DNA of 64,000 nucleotides from Saprospiraceae bacterium (GCA_965223405.1 CBDCWO010000006.1:2904364-2968363), one strand, 5' to 3'. Shown: positions 28,986 through 37,719, counted from the first letter of the stretch. Numbers and translations are program-made. The notes: generated by a model from the letters alone, not told the origin.

Positions 28986-29941
28986 TTAATTAACCCAAGT
29001 TGCGAACTATAGATTGATAGACCTAAAAAAGGTGTAAGCTAACACAAAAAGGAATATTTTGATCAAAAAGCCTTGGGGCGTGACTGCATGGATTTTAGCA
29101 GGCATCATTTGAGCTATTTCACTAAAAGTGGTTTCAATACGTTTTCTTTTATTTTCTATTAAATAATCTGTATAGGGTTTATGTTGTCTTTTGAGGTTGG
29201 ATTTTCTTTGTACCAGTAAATGAATTTGGTCGCATTCCATCAACAAATCTTCGTACTGATAATCGTTGTAAATAGCATCTGCATACAAGGTGCTATCAAC
29301 AGGTAAATCCAAATTCATAGATTTAAAAGCGGTTATGTCGGAGAAAGAACCAGCCGCAATATAATAGTCCACTGGTATTCCATTTGCATCCACTACCAAT
29401 TGGACTTTAAAACCATAAAAATACTCCCTTTTAGAAACACATTTGCCACGATAAGCTTTGTTTTTCAATAACTTACAGTTTGGGATTCGAATGTTGTGAC
29501 ACACTTTAACCGGAAATGAATCAATGATGTATTCACTACTTATATTTAGATTTTTGATCCTTTGTCCAAGACCTCGAAATAGACTCCATAATAAAAATTC
29601 TAATCCATGAAGTCTTCTATTAAATCCGCTTTTATCAATAAATACAACTCCATGATGTGACCTCATATAACCTCTGGCTTTGACCATGTTGCATCCAAAA
29701 TATCTGGATGCTATAATTGCGGTTGTTAAAATTTCAGCATCAGTAGTTTTTCTTAATGATTCATCTTTTTTTCTTGAAATCTTGACAAAATCATCAATAA
29801 AGCAATAAATTGTAATTACATAATTTTCCATAATGGGTGTAGATTTTGGTGGGATGAGACCTCCTTAATTTACACCATTATGGATTCTTTAGCAATATGT
29901 ATTATCATTTATTTTAATACGTCGCAACTTGGGTTAATTAA
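28986..29941 (-). mobile_element. IS982-family insertion sequence, copy A (956 bp)
   Basis: Perfect 20-bp TIRs ttaattaacccaagttgcga / tcgcaacttgggttaattaa, flanked by a 3-bp direct repeat TAA (28983-28985 and 29942-29944). By eye the sequence is identical to copy B at 55712-56667. Confidence 0.85.
29007..29831 (-). CDS. IS982-family DDE transposase
   Basis: 274 aa. The N-terminus YVITIYCFIDDFVKI has the IS982 pattern. The protein is identical to the product of 55733-56557. Confidence 0.85.
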   Translation of the reverse strand: MENYVITIYCFIDDFVKISRKKDESLRKTTDAEILTTAIIASRYFGCNMVKARGYMRSHHGVVFIDKSGFNRRLHGLEFLLWSLFRGLGQRIKNLNISSEYIIDSFPVKVCHNIRIPNCKLLKNKAYRGKCVSKREYFYGFKVQLVVDANGIPVDYYIAAGSFSDITAFKSMNLDLPVDSTLYADAIYNDYQYEDLLMECDQIHLLVQRKSNLKRQHKPYTDYLIENKRKRIETTFSEIAQMMPAKIHAVTPQGFLIKIFLFVLAYTFFRSINL

Positions 29942-30081
29942 TAATGTATTGCATTAACCGCAAATCGGCAAGATGAGTTATCTGGAAGCACATTTACAAT
30001 TTGATTTTATGACCAAGTTACTTTTTCAGGAAGCAGCAATAGATAAGGATTGATCTAATCTAAAAGAATATCATATTAAAC

Positions 30082-30112
30082 AGCGTCCTGCAGAAGTGGG
30101 ACGCTTTTTTTT
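30082..30112 (+). terminator. Rho-independent terminator (orphan)
   Basis: agcgtcc-10 nt loop-ggacgct stem followed by T8. No intact plus-strand gene lies upstream, since IS copy A is 140 bp away. Confidence 0.55.
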
Positions 30113-30320
30113 ATGAAAATATTAAATAAAATATGCAGAAATAAAGTCAGATATAGGAATTGGAGGATTTTGCACAAATGGCAGTGGTACAACGAATTAC
30201 AAAATCCAGAGTATAACGTCTTATGGCGAATGGGAATTCCTATATCTAACCTTAGTCAAAAGCAATTGATTATCAGATATTTAGGTTGGAATAGATTTGG
30301 AAATGTAAATACAATTTATA

Positions 30321-30328
30321 TACCTTTG
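30321..30328 (+). promoter_or_regulatory. Bacteroidota-type -7 promoter box (TAnnTTTG)
   Basis: tacctttg lies 21 bp upstream of the ATG at 30349. Confidence 0.35.
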
Positions 30329-30348
30329 CGAATCGAAATTAAATAGAA

Positions 30349-30450
30349 ATGATAGGACTAAAATTTATTGGGAATAAGAACTGTGTAAGCCATGATCTAC
30401 ACCAGGATAATTATTTAGACGTATTATGCAAAGAGGCAAGAATGATGTAA
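30349..30450 (+). CDS. Candidate 33-codon small ORF (or small RNA) between a promoter box and a terminator
   Basis: MIGLKFIGNKNCVSHDLHQDNYLDVLCKEARMM. It is bracketed by the TAnnTTTG box at 30321 and the hairpin plus T7 at 30479-30510. No similarity recognised. Confidence 0.2.
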   Translation: MIGLKFIGNKNCVSHDLHQDNYLDVLCKEARMM

Positions 30451-30478
30451 TCTCATCGATTATATAAGATACATTAAG

Positions 30479-30510
30479 GCATCTCTTTGCATCAAGGAGG
30501 TGCTTTTTTT
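30479..30510 (+). terminator. Rho-independent terminator
   Basis: gcatctc-11 nt loop-gaggtgc (7 bp with one G-U pair) followed by ttttttt. Confidence 0.5.
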
Positions 30511-30535
30511 ATTTCTGCATTTCCCCATTTCAAAT

Positions 30536-30607
30536 AGTGTCGTAGTTCAGTGGTAGAACATCCGACTGTCTATCGGAAGGTCGCGAGTTCGATTCTCGTC
30601 GACACTG
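30536..30607 (+). tRNA. tRNA-Asp (anticodon GTC), non-canonical details
   Basis: Hand-folded cloverleaf: acceptor agtgtcg/cgacact, D arm gttc-agtggta-gaac, anticodon arm tccga-ctGTCta-tcgga, variable region aggtc, T arm gcgag-ttcgatt-ctcgt. Unusual features are A1-U72 and a pyrimidine (U) at position 37. No encoded CCA. Confidence 0.6.
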
Positions 30608-30685
30608 CATTTTTCTTTTGCGCTGATGATTATACCGGACTTTGTATCGGAATATGGAGATTCATTTTCGCTCACTTAATAACCC

Positions 30686-30759
30686 TGTCCTGTGTTGTAA
30701 TGGTAGCATTTGAGAATTTGGATCTCAGGGTAAAGGTTCGAATCCTTTCGGGATAGCCA
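30686..30759 (+). tRNA. tRNA-Gln (anticodon TTG) with encoded CCA
   Basis: Acceptor tgtcctg/cgggata (two G-U pairs, U1-A72 and G73 as in bacterial tRNA-Gln), anticodon arm tgaga-atTTGga-tctca, T arm aaagg-ttcgaat-ccttt, then gcca. The D stem is weak (3 bp plus a U-U pair). Confidence 0.6.
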
Positions 30760-30973
30760 ATGATATTAAATTAACAATGCGACGGGTAACGACTCTTCGC
30801 ACTAAAATTGAAAAATCGATAAAGAAATAGTCACAGTCAAGTGACAGAAGAAGGTTTTTTGATAATGATTGAGATAGCACGATGCGGGTTTCTGTATAAC
30901 CCCATGTAACCAGGACAATAGTCATTAGGTTTGACGATCGAAGCATTATCAGGAATCCCAAACTCCAAGTGTC

Positions 30974-31116
30974 GTGGGTTCGATTCCCACTCATGCCGCT
31001 GGTGTGATAGTTCAGAAGGTTAGAACATTGGAATTTTTGATTGCGCAGGTTCGAATCCTGCCAGGCCTCATGAGGCCTGTGGCGGAATTGGTTGACGCGA
31101 TAGACTTAGGATCTAT
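30974..31116 (+). pseudogene. Three tRNA-like fragments
   Basis: (a) 30974-30998: T arm gtggg-ttcgatt-cccac plus 3' acceptor tcatgcc, with no matching 5' half. (b) 31001-31069: an Asp-like 5' acceptor and D arm (ggtgtga ta gttc-agaaggtta-gaac), only 18 nt where an anticodon arm should be, then T arm gcagg-ttcgaat-cctgc and 3' acceptor caggcct. (c) 31073-31116: 5' half of tRNA-Leu (acceptor aggcctg, D arm gcg-gaattggttga-cgc, anticodon arm ataga-ctTAGga-tctat) with no T arm after it. Confidence 0.5.
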
Positions 31117-31448
31117 TAATCATTTCAACTGAGCTGATCCCTCGTAAAAGGATTACCACTTGAGGATTTGGTCTTTAGAATCGCACTGATTTAGGTTGGT
31201 CTATTCGGTAAAAAAGCTGAAAGACGCTACCATGAATTAGAAAATTAACTTTTGATAAGAGTGAAGTTGGATACCGTCTGATTGAGGCTCTACTCTGATA
31301 GCATACCTATATTTTCAATGAGAATATACATGTGCCGATCACAGTTTTACCGAAATCTGGCTTAAAGCTGCATCCATCGGCAGTTGATGATTCTAGGGAC
31401 CGGTTCTCTATTTCAAAATGGATTTTATAACTATTTAAATATTAAATC

Positions 31449-32552
31449 ATGAGACATGTTAGAATTGCAGTAAATGCGTATGAAAAAGCATTGGTTTTCA
31501 GAAATGGTGAACTTGTCAGGGTATTGGATAGTGGAAAATACTGGATAAGCCCGTGGGCAAAAGTCATGAAGTATGATATTACAGAGCTATTCTACCATGA
31601 AGTAGATCTCGATATATTGATGAAGTGCGAAGATTTGAATTCGAGATTGAATGTTGTGGAGGTAGCCGATCATGAAATAGTAATCCAATGCAGGCATAAT
31701 AACTTCAATCAGGTCCTGACTCCGGGTAGATATGCGTACTGGAAAGAGGGATTAGAGTATTCCTACGAGCGGGTGGATCTCAATGTCATCGAGGTAAGTG
31801 ATAAACTACCTCGTAAAATATTGCATAGACCAGAGGTCTTGAAATACTTGGATGTTCATACTGTTGAAAGCTATGAAAAAGGATTGTTGTTTGTCGATGG
31901 AGAATTGTACAAAAAATTGAATCCTGGTCTCTATTACTTTTGGAAGGGTGAACAAAACGCCATCTTGACCAAAGTGGATACTCGTAAGCTACAAGTTGAA
32001 GTGAGCGGTCAGGAGCTATTGACTCAAGATAAGGCGGCAATTCGGTTGAGTTTGTTTGCCAATTATCAGGTCATCGATATTATGAAGGCTTTGGCTGAGA
32101 GCAAAGACTATGCAAAACAGTTGTATGTAACTTTGCAGTTAGGCTTGAGAGAGTATATAGGTCAATTCACTTTGGATCAATTGCTACGTAATAAGTCTGC
32201 TATTGCGCCAAACATCATGGAGTATGTGGAAGAACGCGCTTCAGAACTTGGTGTCCAGCTGATAGATTGTGGTATCAGAGATATCATCTTACCTGGCGAT
32301 ATCAAAGAGATCATGAATCAAGTATTGGTAGCCGAGAAAAAAGCTCAGGCCAACACCATCATGAGAAGAGAAGAGACTGCGTCCACTCGAAGTTTGCTTA
32401 ACACAGCCAAACTGATGGAAGACAACGAAATGCTCTTCAAACTCAAAGAGATGGAATACATGGAGCGTATTGCAGATAAAATCGGTGAGATAACGGTCAA
32501 TGGCGGTATGCGTGTAGTTGATCAGTTGAGAGAGCTTGTAGGTAGCAAATGA
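31449..32552 (+). CDS. SPFH/band-7 (slipin-like) domain protein
   Basis: 367 aa. The C-terminal two thirds show the SPFH pattern (LLTQDKAAIRLSLFANYQVID...IRDIILPGDIKEIMNQVLVAEKKAQAN). The N-terminal region of about 120 aa repeats the start of the domain. Confidence 0.75.
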   Translation: MRHVRIAVNAYEKALVFRNGELVRVLDSGKYWISPWAKVMKYDITELFYHEVDLDILMKCEDLNSRLNVVEVADHEIVIQCRHNNFNQVLTPGRYAYWKEGLEYSYERVDLNVIEVSDKLPRKILHRPEVLKYLDVHTVESYEKGLLFVDGELYKKLNPGLYYFWKGEQNAILTKVDTRKLQVEVSGQELLTQDKAAIRLSLFANYQVIDIMKALAESKDYAKQLYVTLQLGLREYIGQFTLDQLLRNKSAIAPNIMEYVEERASELGVQLIDCGIRDIILPGDIKEIMNQVLVAEKKAQANTIMRREETASTRSLLNTAKLMEDNEMLFKLKEMEYMERIADKIGEITVNGGMRVVDQLRELVGSK

Positions 32553-32554
32553 TG

Positions 32555-32592
32555 ATTCCCCTCCTAGATAAATGTCGGAGGGGAATTTTTTT
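32555..32592 (+). terminator. Rho-independent terminator
   Basis: attcccctcc-12 nt loop-ggaggggaat (10 bp) followed by T7, 3 bp after the stop codon. Confidence 0.75.
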
Positions 32593-32938
32593 ACCTGGCC
32601 AAAAATTCAGAAGTTGATTAGACAATGTAAGGAGTCGTTGTTCATTTCAAAAGATGCTTAATTTGATCAGAACTCATTGCACAAATGGCTATTTCAACAC
32701 GTATACACCGGTATCGAGTATTAAGACAAATCACCAACTTGTGCCTCAACGTGATAAGTCATATAACCAAACTCCTGAAGTAAGAAATCATTAAGAAGAG
32801 GTATTAATTCTCACCGAAAACCGGCCGGTCCAGGAATGATGGTCTCCTCTCTTGGAAAGTGAAATGCAAGTTGTCAAACAGATCAAAATGCCTATCTAAT
32901 GATTCGAAACTTCACAAAAGTTGAAAAATGTTTGATAA

Positions 32939-32962
32939 AGTTAGGATTCCTAACTATATTTG
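32939..32962 (+). promoter_or_regulatory. 17-bp perfect palindrome overlapping a TAnnTTTG promoter box (candidate MarR operator)
   Basis: agttagga-t-tcctaact (32939-32955) shares its last base with tatatttg (32955-32962), 42 bp upstream of the ATG at 33004. The half-site agttagga recurs at 33691, upstream of the MarR-type gene. Confidence 0.45.
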
Positions 32963-33003
32963 CTGAGGCGATTTTGCCACCATAGAAATAAACATCATCT
33001 AAA

Positions 33004-33237
33004 ATGAGTAATTCAATTTTTTATCATGCCGGATGTCCGGTTTGCGTCAGCGCAGAAAAGGAAATCATCGATTTGATTGGCGCTGAAAATGTAGAAATTG
33101 TACATTTGGGTGAAGACCAAGGTAGAATTGAAGAAGCAGAAAAAGCTGAAGTAAAGTCTGTTCCTGCATTGGTCACACCTAATGGAAATGTACTTCACAT
33201 CAACTTTGGTGCCTCAATGGCTGATGTAAAGGGGTAG
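33004..33237 (+). CDS. Small thioredoxin/glutaredoxin-like protein (CxxC)
   Basis: 77 aa with the CPVC motif near the N-terminus and a cis-Pro region SVPALV typical of the thioredoxin fold. Confidence 0.7.
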   Translation: MSNSIFYHAGCPVCVSAEKEIIDLIGAENVEIVHLGEDQGRIEEAEKAEVKSVPALVTPNGNVLHINFGASMADVKG

Positions 33238-33400
33238 GTTCTTCCGCCTGTACAATGAGGTCTAACCACTGGTTCATCAGGGACAAAGTAATTAATTAGA
33301 ATCACCTGAAATTTATTTTGTGCTTGATGAACCAGATATCAATTTGGATTTTGCAGTGTTAATCTTAATTGTAACATTAAATTCACCAACAATCACGTTT

Positions 33401-33682
33401 ATGGAAAATACAACTCGACACAAAGTAAATGTCTGGGATACTTACGTAACCAAAAAAAATGGTACCATCATGCATTTTGATATTATTGCTCCAGTAGAGA
33501 TAACCGATACCAGGACCATCTACAATTATGGCAAGGAATATCTTAAAAGTAAAGGCCAAGAGGGTCAACCTCTCGATTCAAGGCAATGCAGACTTTGTCA
33601 CATTGAAATCCTAAAACCTGAATGGAAGGATGATATTGCCGATAAAGGATACTTCATAATAGAAATGGAAGGATGCAAATAG
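33401..33682 (+). CDS. DUF2024-like small protein
   Basis: The start is taken at MENTTRHKVNVWDTYV. The WDTYVTKKNGTIMHFDIIAP...GKEYLKSKGQEG...CRLCHIE...GYFIIEMEGC pattern matches my recollection of the DUF2024 family. The ORF track starts earlier, at 33320. Confidence 0.6.
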   Translation: MENTTRHKVNVWDTYVTKKNGTIMHFDIIAPVEITDTRTIYNYGKEYLKSKGQEGQPLDSRQCRLCHIEILKPEWKDDIADKGYFIIEMEGCK

Positions 33683-33744
33683 TATTTTAAAGTTAGGAAT
33701 GCTTACTTTGTGATCATTCTGGTTTTAGAAAAAATAGGTAAGCA

Positions 33745-34326
33745 TTGAGTTTAGAAGCAAAGATACTCAGCGGGTTAGAGCGAATTTCGGAAACTTTAAA
33801 GTCTTTGTTATGGGAAAAAGCTAAAGCTTTTGGAATCAGCCCTATACAAATACAAATCTTATTATTTGTGTCCAATCATCAGACAGATCTCTGTAATGTA
33901 AGTTACCTGGCGAGAGAATTTAATGTAACGAAAGCCACTATAAGTGATGCAGTCAAAGTGCTGTTGAAGAAAGAACTTTTAGATAAAGATTTTTCTCCAG
34001 TAGACAATCGCCGGTATAATATACTTATTACCCATAAAGGAAGAGAATTGGTAAATAATTTGTCGGATTACTCTAAGCCTATTTCGGATGAGTTATCTAC
34101 TTTGGATCAAAAAGATCTAATCGGCATTTTCAACTCATTAACCAAATTAATATTCCAATTAAACCAGCAAAACATTATTAAAGTCCAACGGACTTGTTTT
34201 AAGTGTCAATTTTATCAGGGCGATAAGATAAGTGATCATTTTTGTAATTTAATTGGCAGTCAATTAAATGTCCAGGATCTCAGGCTGGATTGTAGTGACT
34301 TTATGGAAAAAACCAATGCCTGTTAG
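33745..34326 (+). CDS. MarR-family winged-helix regulator with C-terminal Cys-rich extension
   Basis: 193 aa with a TTG start. The wHTH region is ISPIQIQILLFVSNH...VSYLAREFNVTKATISDAVKVLLKKELL. The C-terminal part carries CFKCQFY...HFCNL...LDCSDF. Confidence 0.7.
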   Translation: MSLEAKILSGLERISETLKSLLWEKAKAFGISPIQIQILLFVSNHQTDLCNVSYLAREFNVTKATISDAVKVLLKKELLDKDFSPVDNRRYNILITHKGRELVNNLSDYSKPISDELSTLDQKDLIGIFNSLTKLIFQLNQQNIIKVQRTCFKCQFYQGDKISDHFCNLIGSQLNVQDLRLDCSDFMEKTNAC

Positions 34327-34520
34327 TCAGGTATTAAATTGAACAATCGTTCCACCTCCTTCATTTGAGCCGATTTGCTCTATTTTACTCCTAATGAAAC
34401 TATCTAGCCCACATATTGTTTTTTGATAATGAGGACTTTAATAATAAGGTTCATTGGGAGTTGGTTACAATAATTCATCCGAGTATATTTGTAACATAAT
34501 CTTTTTGAAAACATTCAGTA

Positions 34521-35342
34521 TTGGATAAGAAAGTAGCAATTGTTACAGGAGCATCATCCGGAATTGGAGAAGCATGTGCCTGGCAGTTTGCCAAGGAGGG
34601 GTATCACGTGGTATTGGCGGCTAGAAATGAGGCAAAAATTATCCAAATGTCCAAAGAGTTAACCACCTTTGGAGTCAATACACTGGCAGTAAGAACTGAT
34701 GTAACCAAAGAAGAAGATTGTAAGCATTTGGTTGAATCCACCATTAAAAACCTGGGTCGAATCGATGTTTTACTTAATAATGCCGGTATTTCCATGCGGG
34801 CTCAATTCCAGGATGTAGATATGCAAGTCCTCAGAAAACTTATGGATGTCAATTTCTGGGGTACGGTAAATTGTACGAAGTATGCCCTTCCTCATATTCT
34901 GAAAACTAAGGGATCCATTGTGGGTGTTTCCTCCATTGCCGGTAAGCAAGGCTTGCCTGGAAGAATCGGTTATTCGGCCTCTAAATTTGCTATGGAGGGA
35001 TTTTTAAAAACCTTGCGGATAGAGCATATGGAGGATGAACTACATGTATTAATTGCCTGTCCGGGATTTACCGCATCTAATATTAGGGTTTCCGCTTTAT
35101 TAACCGATGGCGAACCACAAGGAGAAAGTCCTTTGGAAGAAAAGAAAATGATGACGGCAGAAGAGGTTGCCAAACATATTGTAGCAGCAATTCAAAAACG
35201 CAAGCGTGATATAGTCTTGACCTTGCAGGGTAAAGCCATCGTAGCATTTAACAAAGTCTTACCTGAGTGGGTAGATGGTAGAGTGCATAAATACATGAGT
35301 AGGGAAGATCAACGTGGTGATTTCGCCAAACCCAATACATAG
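34521..35342 (+). CDS. Short-chain dehydrogenase/reductase (SDR)
   Basis: TGASSGIGEA cofactor motif, NNAG, and a catalytic YSASKFA (YxxxK). Confidence 0.9.
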   Translation: MDKKVAIVTGASSGIGEACAWQFAKEGYHVVLAARNEAKIIQMSKELTTFGVNTLAVRTDVTKEEDCKHLVESTIKNLGRIDVLLNNAGISMRAQFQDVDMQVLRKLMDVNFWGTVNCTKYALPHILKTKGSIVGVSSIAGKQGLPGRIGYSASKFAMEGFLKTLRIEHMEDELHVLIACPGFTASNIRVSALLTDGEPQGESPLEEKKMMTAEEVAKHIVAAIQKRKRDIVLTLQGKAIVAFNKVLPEWVDGRVHKYMSREDQRGDFAKPNT

Positions 35343-36136
35343 ATACATTCTTTCTTTTCCAAGTTCGGAATTCCAGAACTTTTCCAATCTTTTATTTTCA
35401 AGGTCCGGCTGAATTCATCTTCTGCAGTAAGCCGGCAAGAAATATTCAGATATAATTCTCCCTTGATCTGATCGAGAATGGCTGATACCAGCGACCTATT
35501 GCGGTACGGAGTTTCAATAAAAATCTGACTGGAGTGAGTTTTTAAGATTTCTTGTTCCAGGGATTTAAGACGAGATCGCAGAAGGGGTAATTTCCGGGGA
35601 AGATAGCCCACAAAACTAAACTTTTGACCATTTAGTCCACTGGACATAAGAGCCAATATGATCGATGTCGGTCCTACCATTGGCCGTACCCTGATCCCTT
35701 TTTTATGGGCTTCCATTACCACTTCAGCACCTGGATCGGCAATTCCCGGACATCCTGATTCCGATACCAATCCCACATCATGGCCTAACTCGGCCGGCTT
35801 TAGCCAGGAGTTGATATCCTGTGTTCCATGTTTGTCATACTCATAAAATGTAATGGAATCAATGTTGATATGCGGATCGAGATTTTTCAAATACCTGCGG
35901 GTGGTACGTGCACGTTCAGTGATAAAATACTTTAGTTTAGTGGTAATGTGTATCAAAAACTCGGATATAACTTGGGTATTTCCCTCATTGATGGGTGTGG
36001 GGATCAGCCATAGATCGCCTTTTGATTTCCTAATCACTACGGCAAGATAATAATACCAACGCGAAATAAAGTAAGAAAAAACGATCGTCATCCTGAACCC
36101 ACCTCTGACGGGCAAGATTTGCTGCCCCGGCGGCAA
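35309..36136 (-). CDS. rsmI: RsmI-like SAM-dependent 2'-O-methyltransferase (tetrapyrrole-methylase fold)
   Basis: LWLIPTPI...SESGCPGIADPGAEVV pattern. The real start is probably the GTG at 36037 (MIRKSKGDLWLIPTP). The 3' end overlaps the convergent SDR gene by 34 bp. Confidence 0.65.
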   Translation of the reverse strand: MPPGQQILPVRGGFRMTIVFSYFISRWYYYLAVVIRKSKGDLWLIPTPINEGNTQVISEFLIHITTKLKYFITERARTTRRYLKNLDPHINIDSITFYEYDKHGTQDINSWLKPAELGHDVGLVSESGCPGIADPGAEVVMEAHKKGIRVRPMVGPTSIILALMSSGLNGQKFSFVGYLPRKLPLLRSRLKSLEQEILKTHSSQIFIETPYRNRSLVSAILDQIKGELYLNISCRLTAEDEFSRTLKIKDWKSSGIPNLEKKECIYVLGLAKSPR

Positions 36137-36288
36137 ATGTTCAGAAGCTCTGTTGTTTGGGGTGTCCTCGCCTCAAACGGGATTTGGAATTAAAGCACTA
36201 AGCGAAGACGCCTAAAGCAATGCAGTATTGAGTAGCCAGTATTGAATAATGAGATGAAAAACCAGTTCCACCATTATATTTCGAAAAA

Positions 36289-36861
36289 TCAGGAACTTTC
36301 CGAAATGGGCTGATGCATCCTGTCAACTGCACGAGTCAACCATAAAAAGTCATCCAAAAATGCGGTGAACTTTTGCTGTAGTTGCTCGTCGAATATTTTC
36401 CCGTTTTGATCAACTGTATTCTTTATTTCGGATACCAGCAACATATGGGGAATAGGATATCCCCACAATCCCAGTACTAAATTCTGCATTTGCATAGCCC
36501 CACGCATGCCGCCCAATTTTCCGGCAGAAACGGAAACCACACCAATGACCTTCTTCCTGAACGCCGTTTCATCCAAATGATCAACCGCATTTTTCAAGGC
36601 CGGGGTATAACTTCCGTTATATTCGGGAGATACAAAAAGGATACCCTCGGCATTGGTAATCTCCTGATTGAATCGCATTAAGTCAGCATTTGGATTGGAT
36701 TGTTCAGCAAGAACTTCTTTAAAAAATGGAATGTCCATTTGTCCCAAATCCAAGGTGATGGCAGTGACCCCCATTTCTTCCAATTGATTACATAAGGCGA
36801 ATGCCACCCGGTTGGAAAGTCGGTTTACTCGGGTAGAGCCAGATACAATCGCAATCCGCAT
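36289..36861 (-). CDS. NAD(P)H-dependent FMN reductase family oxidoreductase
   Basis: 190 aa with the flavodoxin-like start MRIAIVSGSTRVNRLS and SPEYNGSYTPALKNAVD. Confidence 0.8.
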   Translation of the reverse strand: MRIAIVSGSTRVNRLSNRVAFALCNQLEEMGVTAITLDLGQMDIPFFKEVLAEQSNPNADLMRFNQEITNAEGILFVSPEYNGSYTPALKNAVDHLDETAFRKKVIGVVSVSAGKLGGMRGAMQMQNLVLGLWGYPIPHMLLVSEIKNTVDQNGKIFDEQLQQKFTAFLDDFLWLTRAVDRMHQPISESS

Positions 36862-36950
36862 TTTATTTTTAATTTCTAGTTAAACAAAATGTTGACCGGA
36901 TAGTTGCTGTTGATTCCACCTTTATATTTAACTTTGAAATTACGTACAGA

Positions 36951-37697
36951 ATGACTTATACTGTAAAAATAAAGCAATTTGAAGGTCCATTTGATCTCCT
37001 TCTTTTCTTTATAGAAAGGGATGAATTGGATATCAACGACATTCCAATTTCCAAAATTACCGATGATTTTTTAGCCTACCTCAAAAAATTGGAATCAATG
37101 AATATCGATGTGGCCAGTGAATTTATCCTGGTAGCGGCAACATTGATGAAGATTAAAGCCCGGATGCTTATTCCCCGCAAACACATAGATGAACAGGGTA
37201 ATGAAATTGATCCCCGTGAGGAATTAGTTCAGAGGCTTTTGGAGTATAAAAAGTTTAAAAGTGTCCTGGATGACTTCCGCAGCCTTGAAGCAGCTCAAGC
37301 GATTAAAGTTCAGCGTGGGAACATTGTTCCGGAACTAAAGAAAATGGCAACCAAAGCTTTAGTAGATGTCGAATTGGAGTCGCTAAATCTTTTTAACCTG
37401 CTAAAAGCCTTTGAAGCAGTTATTGATCGTTACGAACATTCTGAAAAGGTTGTTCACCACATTGCGAGATATAACTACACCATTAAAGATCAACAAACTC
37501 AGATTTTCGCTATCCTGAATAAGTCAAAACGAGCAGATTTCACCGGATTGTTCTCTGCCTGTGAGAACAGAATCCACGCTATCGTGACCTTTCTGGCCCT
37601 ATTGGAACTGGTAAATCATCAAAAAATCAAAATAATCGGTGGTACTACAATTAACAGTTTTTGGATAGAGGAAAAGGAAAATGGAGTTCCGGATTGA
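36951..37697 (+). CDS. scpA: Segregation and condensation protein A
   Basis: 248 aa with the FEGPFDLLLFFIERDELDINDIPISKITDDFLAYL N-terminal signature of ScpA. Confidence 0.85.
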   Translation: MTYTVKIKQFEGPFDLLLFFIERDELDINDIPISKITDDFLAYLKKLESMNIDVASEFILVAATLMKIKARMLIPRKHIDEQGNEIDPREELVQRLLEYKKFKSVLDDFRSLEAAQAIKVQRGNIVPELKKMATKALVDVELESLNLFNLLKAFEAVIDRYEHSEKVVHHIARYNYTIKDQQTQIFAILNKSKRADFTGLFSACENRIHAIVTFLALLELVNHQKIKIIGGTTINSFWIEEKENGVPD

Positions 37698-37719
37698 GTT
37701 AGATATGACAAATAGTTTA

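Noticed and set aside
30550-30994. ORFs 30550-30756 (+) and 30725-30994 (-)
   Set aside because: They lie across tRNA and tRNA-like sequences. The SGNRTHD-type peptide is the usual artefact of translating a T arm.
31046-31116. A functional circularly permuted tRNA-Leu gene
   Set aside because: Permuted tRNA genes are known only from a few eukaryotic algae and need a splicing-endonuclease pathway that bacteria are not known to have. The upstream part also lacks a Leu-type variable arm. Rearrangement debris is more likely. It is kept as an observation, not a call.
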